In this document: piece after piece, positions 11,601 to 23,600 of the stretch
Position numbering within the stretch: the first letter of the stretch is position 1
Layout: the number at the start of each line of letters is the position of its first letter
The notes under the pieces: generated by a model
Seen by the model: only the letters and a program-made list of their open reading frames with translations
Database searches by the model: none
Told to the model about the DNA's origin: nothing
Source of the DNA: Raillietiella orientalis
Lineage: Eukaryota
Length of the DNA: 64,000 nucleotides
NCBI GenBank assembly: GCA_036172245.1
Contig: JAYWIR010000093.1
Location: forward strand, 186,001 to 250,000
Direction: 5' to 3'
Program-made: the position numbers and the translations under genes

Positions 11601-14600
11601 GCGCAAAATCTAGGCGGGTCACGCCACTCCGAGTGTCCTGCACCCGACCTGCACATCCACTCGACCCCCTCAGTGTCCAGGCTAACGGAATCTGATTCAG
11701 TGACTTCAGTGGGTGCTCTTCGCCGACCTCGAGAAGTCGTTAATCCGGTGGTCACAGGGTGCAGGTCCCAGTGCGTGTCTTTTCGACCCCGAAGCGCGCG
11801 AGAGTTTGTTCCGACGTTCGAAAACACAAGTGGACACGTTGGGAGCTGTTCCCAGGCTCCGGGAGCTCTTCGAAGCGACGGGTCAAATCCCCTTAAGAAG
11901 CACCCCTTTGAGGAACAGACCAACGACTTCCTCGAAGGACATCGTAAAGTACGAATGTCTTTTGTAGCTGCTGGGATAAAAATGTTGACAAAGAGGAAGA
12001 AATCGACTCTTAATAAAGATAATCTTCCATGTATCGCAGGAGACGGAACCAGATTTTCTTAGAAAAAAATCTCTAAAAAAATGAAAGGAAAAAAAAGAAA
12101 GGATTTTGAAGTCTCCTGTCAAGAAGACACTTTCCATAGCAATGAAAAAATTGAGCGTGGAGAAGCTTCGCATCCTCAGTTACTTCGGAAGGAACGCGCC
12201 AGAATTTCTTTCTCCAGCCTGGAATGGGTCGCTGCTCCAGAAGAGATCTACGCGGTCCTCAGAGCTCCCCAAGACTTTCCGCGTCCTTCTATCCTGCCGC
12301 CCCGCCGTCGAAAAGCTGGCTTCCGCATCCGCAGCGGACGCCCAGGGAACCCATCTGGGAGTCAGGAAATGTGGCGCACTCAAGATGGCCACCGCAACGC
12401 TCAGAAGTCGGCTCGACGGAAGAGCGGGAAACGCACGAATGGAGGGCAACTGTTTTCAAGATGGACTGGAACGCCCAGCGCCTCACCGCTTCCTTCCAGC
12501 TGCGCCGGCGCCATGCTCCCAGCAACGAAAGACATGCACTTATCGCGGAGAGGATTCGTACACGAGCACCGTTCTTCTGTTCCCTCAGCTGTACGGAAAC
12601 GGAATGAGGGAGTCGACTTTCCAGCAAGGCGTCGGTTGACGCAGCCGCCGACCATCCTCGCAGCCTCATTTGACTTTCTGATGCCTTTCGAGGACACGAA
12701 TCTGGCCGCTGCAGCTGTTTTCAGCTAGGTGATGCAGTCGGTTCTCGAGACGCACATTTGGTGTACCAGTTCAATGAGTCACTGTGAACGCTGGCTGTCT
12801 GCGGCCCGCGTTGGCACCCTTCGGTTGAGAAAATAGAGCCGTTCTCTCCTCAGGAGGACCCTCCATCGCGTACCATGGAACCGGTTGATACCACCCTCGG
12901 AGTGAGTCTTAAGGAGCGCGATGCTCCCTTCGGGGAGCACCCTTCAGAGAAATCGGGAAGCGTCCCTTCGGGGTTCTCTTCAGAGGAGCAAAAACAAGGA
13001 ATGGTTCCTTTACGGATTCACTCCGGCGATGAAATAACGGAGCGACCCCTTCCGGGGATCTCTCATGAGACGATGAGGAAGAGGCCACCGTAACAAGCGC
13101 GAGAGGAACGGATTTCTTCCTCTTGATCCTTCCAGTGTCCATTGGGAGGTCCCTCCAGGTAGCCCCCTAACTTGAAGAATGGCACGCATCTCTGGATGGC
13201 GTGGACACCGTTAAAGAGTTTTGTGAGCCCCTCCCGAAGGAGGCGAACAGTTCTTCAGCACTCCTTGCTAACCAAAGAAAAACGAAGAAGAAAAACCTGA
13301 AAGGAAAGCCTATTAGGGGGCCGAGGACGCGGGCATTTTCTCTCTTTTTCGTTTTTTGCCAACGATTCTGGTGCCCATCGGGATGGGAAGAGCGGCGACA
13401 GTTGTGTTGCAGCAGACTGAAACTAACTCTGAGCTCTCGTCACAGGCGTCCGATGGTGCCCGCCAATCAAAATCGGCGGAACCGTTTTCGGCGCACGCCG
13501 CTTTCTCCCCCGAACAGTTGAAGCGAGCGTGGATTGCAGTGTTTAGCGCGGTCTTTTGGGCACGGCGGCTACTATGCTGAAAAATTTCCGGGAGCAGTCG
13601 CGATGGTGTCGATAGGGATCGAAGGTTTGGCTGGCGGATCCCCCAGCGGTCAGAAGGACAGGGAAAGGTGGGTTCTGCACAGCGCAGACGGACAGGAGTC
13701 GCTGAGACGGCTCCGCGATCCCTCATGAGGAACCGCTCCGACTGCCCAGTCTTCTTAGAAACACCCAGAGCTCGGTCGATGAAGCAGTTCATCACTGAAC
13801 GACAGACAGAAGACAGCAACTATTCCCTTGCCGAACACGTTGACCCCCGTTTACTCCTCCTCCTGCTTTCCTGATGGAAGAGGAAACCATGGAATAGCCT
13901 GGGAAGGACTGTTCTGGAAAGAGATGCGAAAGCGGGACCGTAGGTGAGTAGAAGAGCTGTCGAGCGAGCGCGAGCAAAGAATACTCGAGACGCCTCGGGC
14001 AAGAGAAGATGTTTGTCCACACCGAACGACGCGGATGGCACCAGTAGGCAAGACAAGCCGAAGCGACGGAACCTCACACTCGACAAGCTGGCAGTCAGCC
14101 TTGCGCGCACATGGCGTTGCCACCGGGACATCGTTCCATGCAGTCTGGAGGAATCCCTCCAACTCGAGGGACGCGTCGGTTCCCGTCCCGTGGAAGAGAT
14201 CCTGCGCCTTCAGGCGAGCTATCCCCGAATCCGCGAGCACCCGTTCTCGTGGACCCTCTGCCGCGGACGAAAGCAGCTGCAGATCGCCAACCGGACAGGA
14301 AACGTCCGGAACTGCCACGCTCCGAGTCGGAGCGTCCTGGCGCGGATCATTTCCGGTCACGATTCTGCGACCCCACAGCGGGTTCGAGGGTCCGGCGGCT
14401 TGAGATCCCCACCAGCCTGGAATAGGCCGTTTCGCCCCGCGGAAATGCACGCCTCCCGTTCACTCACTGAGGAAACATCAAAATTTACGTAGTGGCGTCC
14501 CGTCACTTTGTCCACGCACCTTTCAGATGCATTTTCCTGGCCAGACGGGCTTCGAGGTTTCCGACGGTTATTCGAGAACATGACTCAGGTGTGCACAGCA

Positions 14601-17600
14601 GGTTGCTCCGAGGCAGCAGAGAGTGCGTTCAAAGTAGGGCAGCACCGGCGAAGAACTGTTCCGTCAACTGCGAAAGTCTTCCGCCTTTTCCCGCCAAGTC
14701 GAGTGAATTGGCAACAGCGGCAGGCCGATTCGGCCGGCTGCAAGATGTGCTTGCGCGCGTTCTCCGGCTGCTGCCATCTCCGCATTCCGACCCAGAATGG
14801 AAGAGCCGGTCCTTCTGAGTAAAGACGAGGACTTCACCGCGTCCGGAGTCCATCGAAAGGCTTTTCCGGAAACAGCGTGGAAATCTTGGGTAACATGGAT
14901 GCGAGGGAGAAAGTAAACAAGGGAAGAGAGAATCAAAAGAGCTTAGCAAGCTCACGAGTCCTGCTTCACGTACCTGCTAGAACCTGTTGCCTGGTGTTCC
15001 TCAAATCAAGCTTTCTGAAGGGTGGTTCTCATCCGGTGCAACCCGGAGCTTCACCTCAGCCCGAAAGGACTCATCACAGGGACTCGAAAGGGACAACGGA
15101 CGGGGGAGCACGAGATAAACTTCCAACGTGCACCGAATCTGAATTTCTGGACATCGGAGCAGGAATAAACGGGCGTAGGCGTTACTCCTGGGAAGAGCGA
15201 AGAGTGAAGCCCGGACGAACGCACCCTTGTCCTTCACGAGTCAACAGCAGTCGCGTTACCGGGGCAACGCTTCGGCGGTGCGCTTCGGCTTCGCGTCTGG
15301 GCCGGCAGTCGGCAACGGGCGGGCGTTCCGCTCGTCGGACGTCCGTGGTGCCACGAAAGCACCCCCGCAAGGCGCTTCGAGAAAGTCGTGCCGACTTCCA
15401 CGCACGTTCGCAGTGGCTCACGGCGGCCGTGATGCGTGAGCCACAGGGTGTCGCCGTGGTTCCTCAGGGCGGCAAAGTGCGGAGCGAACCTCTCCACGGA
15501 CACGGCGGCTCGTACGGCTTTCGCAATTGCATTGGGACGACATCAACAGCAAGGTATCTGGAAAAAAGTATCATCCCACCTCGTATTATCTCCTATATTC
15601 GTGAATACGACTCTTTCCCCCTGCCCACAGTGCGGCGGGAAAGTGACGTCACCTCTGGTACGAAGACGTCAATCAGCCCCGTGAGACGCTGCGGGGAAAC
15701 TTCCATTTCGTGTCCGTTATTAGAAAAAAGAGAGAGAGAGAGAGAAGTGCAAAGGCCTGATCTAATCAGGTTGAATTGTTTTATTCAGGCTTTCGTCGAT
15801 AAAATACCTCACGAAGGCGCAGCTTCCAACGGCAACAACGCTAGAGCTGGTGCTGCAGTGTCGTTTCGATTGATTGAATAGCATTAAAAGCGTCTTTCTC
15901 CTTCTTTTGGCCTGGAGTTAAATAAAAAACAAGCACCTTCAATTTTTCCCCTCTCTTCCTTGGAGGGGAGTGGACATTCAGCTGCCGGGACGTTTAGGAT
16001 ATCGTAGATACTATCTCGGGGCTTGTATAACGCGAAGCTCCCGCCTTATACGAAGCCTCGCTGCAACTCGCCCGTTGGAAAAGGCTCCTTCGGTGTGAAC
16101 GTCGTGCAACAGCGGTCGGGGGAGGACATGCACGGCGGTGCTCGCGGCATGAGCAGCCAGAGCTCTTGGATTGGATTGCCGCATCCGAACCGCGGAAACT
16201 CGCTTTCGGATCGAACGGAGGAAAAAGGTCAAACACGGGAAGGCGGATGGCCGCTTGCGATGCGACATCCTGCGAGGCGGGAAGAGAAGGTCGCGAGCTG
16301 GTCCGCTGCCAACCACGGAGCGGTTCGACCGCCTCGACCGGTCGCGCCGTAACCGCTGATCCAAGACGATGACTCCGGTGAGAAACGGACCGCTCCTGCT
16401 TGCAAGAGGGAGATGCCCCGAGGCAGACGCGAAACGGAAGCCGGAACGGAAGCCTCGCTCCAGTCAGGAAGGCAGCAGCGAGCTCGAACATTCTCCACGC
16501 TCGCGCCTGCCCCAGGGTGGAAGGGAGGGGAAAGGGAGACCGTGGTGGGGCGTCTCGTAGCACTCGAAGGAACTTCCCGAAAGACATTCGCTGCGCACCT
16601 TTTCGTTCCTGCCGCCTCTTCGAGCGCGCCGCAATCGCAGCATGACGAGATGCGCGGAGGACTTCCCGACCGTTCCCTTTCCGCCGGAAGGCGACGCTCT
16701 GGAAGCGAATTTTTCTCCCTTCCGGGAGCAAATCCAGCAACGGTCAGCGCTCGCGCGTGCAACGACCTTCCGCTTCCAGGTGTTTTCCGGAGCGGCCACC
16801 TGCTTCTACGCCTTCATCGGCTTCGACATCATCGCCACCACTGGGGAGGAGGCGAGGAACCCCAGGAAATCCATCCCTCTGGCGATCGTGTCCAGCTTGT
16901 CCGTCGTCCTCCTGATGTACGTCAGCTCCTCCTTCGTCATCACCCTGACTGGTGAGACGCTCCGGCGGATGCACTCAATGCGTTCCTCATAGTCCCCTAC
17001 GAGAGAGTGTCTCCCAGCTCCGCGCTGATAGAAATCTGGAAGGACGTCGGGGCCCCCATGTGCCAAAGAGTCGTCGCCATTGGCGCCATAGCCGGTCTTA
17101 CGGTCAGCATGTTCGGATCCATGTTCCCCCTCCCAAGGGTGGTGTACGCCATGGCGAAAGACGGGCTGATATTCCGGTGGGACGCTGCGCGAGGCGCGAG
17201 CCGACCTCGACCGCCGAGAGTTTCAGGTCTCTGTCCAAGGTGAGCCAGCTGACCAACACGCCTGCGGTGTCCACGACGGTGTTCGGTTGCTTCGCTGCGA
17301 TCACCGCTTTGCTCGTGCCTCTGGAAATCCTTGTGGAGATGATGTCCATCGGTAAGCAAGCGCACCTCCTTTCCTTCCAACGACCGTCAGCGCCTCGCCT
17401 CGTCCGAGCGCGCCGGTTCCGTTTCCCCACACGCGCGAGGGTGGCGCCAAGGTGGAGCTTTCCACGTCGATAGACATCCAGACAGGAGGGAGAACTTCCG
17501 AGTATGGTATCGAAGGAGGTTCTCGTGAAGGAACTCATGAAGCAACGCACTCCGTTTTCATTCTGTAGCGTGAAGCGCCGCCTCCCGTTTCAAACACTAG

Positions 17601-20600
17601 CGAAATATTCAGCAACCTGCAGAGATGTAGAGAAAAGCCATCACGGAAAACTTCAACTGGACGTGCAACCCGTGCGATCGCTGAGTAGGAGAAGAAAGAG
17701 AAAAAAAACCGTAAGAGTTGGAAGAACGCAAGAACGACGATGCCACCACCACTAAAACCATCAGTCAGCAGCCTGTTCTCCTGGGGAGGTCGCATGACGA
17801 AATCTGACTTCCGTTTCCGCCCCGGAACGCATGCTGAGAAGCGCTTCCTTCTGCTGTTTGCCGACGCTTTCCCGGACCGCGGCAACCACAGGAGGGGTTC
17901 GGCCACCTTACCGACAGAACCAACTTTCTCGCTCAGCGAAGCGGCGTTTTCCACCATCCGACGGAAAGTCGCGAAGCTGGCAGAAGAAACGGACGCTGGC
18001 GTAGCGTGTCCAGTCCGCTCCCGAATCGCGCGTTGCTGCGGAGTGATTCTCGAGATGCGAAACGTCGCCAAGCACCCTCCTGCGGGTACCATAGCACCGC
18101 GTAGAGGCTCGTGGGAAACGCTCAGTTCGAGTCGTGCGCTTCAATCGCGCAGTCAGATAGGGCAGCACCGGCGCCGGACAGCCGGGGAGGTCGCGAAGAA
18201 GGCACAGACCAAGTGCAGTGGCAACACCGCGCCACGCGCGATGCAAAACCGAACGCAGGAGGTCTTCTTCCCTCACGGCAAAGGCCAGCAGGGCTCGTGG
18301 ACGGTCTGGAAGAAGTGTGCGGTCCGAAATGCGTGGCCGACCTGCATAGGTCAGGGGCGAGCGCAAGGGGTCTTTCGCAAAGGAGGCATGCGCGAAGAAA
18401 CAGGGCCGCTGCTCTACTGCGGTGCGTCCTTGCCATAGCTGCCGAGTTCCCAGGATGCGTTTCTTCTTCCGTTCCATCGATCCGTGGAGCTGCCTTGACC
18501 TTGACCTGCGTTCCTTTTCTCCTCCTCCTCGGGAGCGCCTCACGCCTCTTCACGAATCCCCCCGAGCAGGCATGCGAGGACGCGGTTTGTGCAGACGCAC
18601 GCAGGGCGACGTTTCGCGCGTGCTCTTCCGCCGTGTCCAGCAAAGCCGGCAGACGTTGCGCATCGCGATGGACGCAGCGTCCGCAACGGCCCCTTCCACC
18701 GTAGGACGTAGCGTTCTGATCCTCGCGCGCTTGCGAAGACGCAGAGTACAGCCGCCGCTTGCTCCAGGAACGGAACTCGGGGCAACATCCTGCCATCCGC
18801 GAATCGGAAAACTCGATAAAAAATGCAAAAAGGGGACGAGAGCGTTTTTTATGTTTGTTTACTTTTAACGCCTGCGTCTCGGCAGGACAACCCCTTTTTT
18901 CCCCTGCTCCCCACCCCTCCTCGGCGCACCGCGGATTTCTCGCTGGCTGTCTTCCGGGTTCCTCCTTTGCGCCCGAATCCTCGACGTTCTGGTTTCTGCG
19001 GGATGCAAGTCCCGCACGTCCTTCTCCCGAGTCCGTCGATCCCGTCCGTTCGCCACCGGCTCAAAGGTCGCACCAACAATGCTGGGGACTCGACCTCACC
19101 GCGGGGCGAATCGCGGACCAAGGCCGACCGACTGGTCAATCGGCGCTGGGGACGATCCCTGCCCATCGCATTCTCCCCTTCACCTCGACATTCCTTCGCT
19201 CGAAGACGGACAGCGGGCGAAGCGGTAGGGGGAGGGCAGCAGTCAGGCTAAGTTCCCAAGGACCTGGCGCTAACCGGCAAATGCCTAGAGGGTTCCAGTC
19301 GCCTTGCCAGTGGGAAGCCACGCTCAGGGAACGTCGGCCGCCGAAGGATCGAACGCACGTGAGCCACAGACCACAAGGAAGAAGCACTTCCCCGTTGCGT
19401 CCCGGAGACACTCCCGGGACCCACGGAAACTCTTTCGCTCTTGCTGGGGTGGTCGGCACGCCAATGCCAAGATCACGTGTTCCTCGCCCGTCCATTTTTC
19501 CAAAGACAGGGGCCGCAACACCACCCGCGGAAACTCTTGCTCTCGCGGCTGCGGTCGGCGTCACCAACGCCGAGGTCATCACGTGTTCCTCGCCCGCCCC
19601 GTTTCCGAAGACCGGGCTCACGAGACAGTCCGCAACACAGGGACTTCAGGACCGACCGATGAGGTGGTGGACGCCATAGGAAGGTCTCTGCCTTTCTCGC
19701 AGCTCGGCTGACGCACGCCGTTGCCAAAAGATCAAAGGGGCTATGAAGAGGAAATGCTCACCCGGGGCGGGACAGCGACCTCTTCGCCGGATGATTCCCC
19801 CCGCGTGAATACCCAAACTCGCTGCTCCCCTCGCTCTCTGCAGAGACCTGCAGTTGTTCCTGAACCCCACCCCCACCCCACTTTCCTCCTCTACTTCTGG
19901 CCCCAGAGAGGTGCGCTTCGTCTTTCAGCCCGCATTCCACTGCCTCGGCTGCGTGCCGACCGTCGGCGGGATGACGGACGGACCAGCACCGCAGTCCCTG
20001 GATACTCCATCTTGCCATTCCGGGCCGTACAGCCCATCCCTCTGGCCGCGCAGACGCGATCCGCGGGCTGGAGCCAGCTCTCTCCGCGCGCGCGCGCGAT
20101 GCGGAACGGCAGAGGTGGCCTCCCTGGCGTCTGCGAACCGAGTGCACCCCCCCGCTTTGCTTTGGTTCCTCTCCCCCTCTCCCTAGGAACCCTGCTGGCC
20201 TACACCCTCGTCAGCACCTGCGTACTGATCCTGCGCTACCAGCCGACCTCCAGAACGCTGCTGGAGTTCTTCCCGGACCTGCTGAAGACGCCCGTCCCGG
20301 GCACGCCGTCCAGGTTCACCCCGTCCGAAGAGGAGGAAGATAGGCTCCCCTTCCCTCGGGGCACCTGCGGGAAAGCCAAGCCCGAAGGTGCCAAGGACGG
20401 CGTCCCGTTCCCGGAGGCGTTCCTGCCGAAGGAGGAGGCGCGCAGCTCGGCCGCGTTCCTGCTGCCCAACGAGCAGGTGACGGTGAAGCGGGTCTGCCGC
20501 AGCTCCGCGCAGTCCTCGGAGGACAGCGAGGAGAGCACTTCGAACGAGGACGGCTGCTACAGGGACGACGAGTTCCTGGTGTGCGGGGAGAAAGGCCGCA

Positions 20601-23600
20601 GCATCCCTCCGTTTTACAATTCCTTCCACCCCTACGGGCGACCCGACCGCCTCTCCTTCTGGGACAAGAACGTGAGGCTGCTGAGGTATCGCTACCCACT
20701 TCTGTTCTGCTGGGTCGAGAAGGGTCCAGCCACGGAGGAGAGCGGAAGATACGTGCTCAAAGTGGTTGCCGTCATGTACGTCCTCATTGTGATCCTGGAC
20801 ATTGTTCTGGTGTGCACCGGTGGTGCAGGGGAGCGCATGAACTCGGCTGTGAAGGTGCTGGTGGCGACCATGGGGCTCGCGATTGCGGTCTGCATGGCGC
20901 TCATCTCCAGACGGCCGGAAAACAGGTGAGGCGCTACTCTCGGAGCTTTCTTTCGCAGCTGCAACTCTTTCGCTCTCGTGGGTGCGGTCGGCGTCATCCA
21001 CGCCAAGGTCTCTTCGTTCCTCCGTCCATCCTTTCTTCTGAAGACCGGGCTGTTCCCCCTTCGCGACTCATCGCACCCAGGGTGGGTGGCGCCCATATCC
21101 CCGGCGCCAACCCGCATGATGGAGTGCTCGAAACGCCGGGCCCTTCTCCCTCAGTCGGATGCCAGGATCGAACGGGAGCACCTCCTCGAGCGGGGATGGA
21201 AATCGTGGGACCCGCACGCCGCCTGCGCGGCGGACCAGAGGGAATAATGCCTTATGGTACGTCCCAGTGCGTCCACGAGGCAAACGCTCGTCCGCGAGAG
21301 CCGAACAGGACGGGCGTTTCCTTTGGATGTTCCAAGGGAATCGCGAGAGAGCGCGCACTTTCCAGTCCTCGATGCGGGAGACTGCATCTTCCCTTCCCGC
21401 CGTTGCGCTGCTCGAAGCTGCTCCGAAAGACCGGAGCCGCCAGCGCACGCCCGAAGACTGCGACGACCAAGCGTCATCTCTCGGGGAAACTCGCAACTCG
21501 AGAGCGTTCCGCTGGTGCAGACCCGCGCCGATGGGAGCCGCACGGCCTCCGACGGGACCTCTTTTTTTCGGCCCGGGCTGCATTTCGGGGACGCGTCCGC
21601 CCACTTCCAGCGCTGCCAAATCGAACCCAAGTGGCTTTTCGATTCTTCCGGACGAAATTCCTCCTCGTCGAGCAATCCACGCCCCCCGGGAGCAGCGGGA
21701 AGGGCTGCTGTCTCCCCGATGACCTCGTGGTTTGCCGCGCTACGGCTAACGTTCCATGGAGACGGCGAAGCACCCCCGTGCGTGGGGGGAGCGAACAACC
21801 CGCTGGCCATGTCGCAGATTTCTCTACCCCCACGCGCAGCCATCTCTCCCTTTGACTAAACAACGCGGCGTGGAAAGGACAACCAAACCGCGCCCCGCGG
21901 TTCGCACGCACGTAGAGCTGGCGTCTCCGCGGCCACTCTCCACGGCGACCGACGCCGCGCCCCTCCTGCCAACGGCCCGTGCCACCCCAGCAGAGCAGCC
22001 GACTGACGCCCGCGGAACTCTTGCGACACCGCAAAGGAGCTTTCGCGCGCAGTGCACGTGTGCCGAAAGCGCTCGCTCGCAACGCGCCTCCCGGCCTGCT
22101 CGCACCGCCCGCAGGGGGCGTTTACACCCCCACCCCCTTCCTCCCCGCCCCAGCCGTCGTCTATCCCCCAACGTGAAAGCAGACCCAGCGACACCACGTA
22201 CGAAGATACTCACCGGCTTAAGACACGCCCACGTAGCCCGACCCTCTCCACCCCTCCTCCAAGATGCGCCTTCGGTCCTCGACCCGTGCTGTCCCCCCCT
22301 CCCTCGCAACCCCGCTTCGACATCCGTGACCTCGTTCGGAAATATTGTCTGAGGTGCGCGGCGCGCCGAGGACACGCATGACCCCTCCACCGAGCGCACT
22401 CCTTCCAACCGACCCACATCAGCAACGCTAGGGATGGCGCCTTTCTCACTCATACTCTCCCCCAGCGCAGCCTGGGGAGCCACGTCGTCATGGCGGGTCT
22501 ACTCGCCCCATCCGTCGCCTGGCAACCCCACGGGGTCTAGTAGGCAACGCTCACGCGTGGTATGGCACCGTGAAGGGAACCACCTCTTCCCCCTCCTCCC
22601 CGGAGGGAACCCACTGAGCTGGAGAGGTGCACCCCGTTCCTTCTCCTCAGGGAACGCGAAAAAGAACGATCCACTCCCGGTTTCCCCCGCTGTATGAGAC
22701 CACGCAGGGGCGCCTCCCGAGGAAAGAAGCACGCCTCTTGACACTCTGGGCTAGCTATCGACCCCCCGAAAGGTTATCCACCAGCTCCATTTACGAAGCC
22801 GGAGGGGATCCCCGAAGGGCTCCGAGATTCCACGGAGGATCTGTGAACCCAGGAAGGCTTCAGAGATACCGGTCCGTTCCTCTTAAGCTAGGAAGGAGAA
22901 ACCCGAAAATCGCCCTCACCCTGGTAGTCTTGAGAAGGGTACCCTGCAGATGACTGTCACCCTGGTTGTCCTTCAGAAAGGGACCACGGTTGTGCCCAGA
23001 GGCACGACGAAGGTCATCGTCACCCTGTTGTTCCCAGAAGGCTCTATCGAAAGTCAAGGTCACCCCGATTGTCTCCAGAAGGGTTTCTCGAACGTTACGG
23101 TCATCCTGGTTGTCACCAGAGGCACTCAAGGAGGCAACCCTCCACCTGGTTGTCTCGGAGGGGAAGGAACCCCGAAGGGGCGCTCCGCACTTTCGTGAAG
23201 CGTCGCGCCCCGAAAGCAACCGCGCGTTTCTTGCACTCTGAGGAGACGACCGACCACGAAGAAGCGACCCCCGATTCCGGCCAGTCAGCGGAGACGTTCG
23301 GCTTCCACCCGTGCCGCACACCAAGCCGGAAAGGCCAACACAGCCAGCGTCATCCCAAGGGAGGCACCTGAGCCTGCAAACGACGCATTCCCCATTTCCC
23401 GGCGCCGACAATTCGTCCCGGGCGGCGCTCGAACCCGCGACGGCCGGCGCTTTCGACTTGCTGAGTTCGTTGGATGACGTCTAGCCAGTGGGTGCAGCAT
23501 CGTGCGGTGGATCCCGCGGGATGACCGCGGTCCACCGTCCCCTTCCCGTGGCCGGGGAACCCAGCCCCGGAAGATGGACTCGCGGGACCCCGGAGCGCGC

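Noticed and set aside
22915..23165. CRISPR-like repeat/spacer appearance
   Set aside because: Repeats are degenerate, spacers are short and related, the context is a eukaryotic intron and no cas genes are present; it is a minisatellite.
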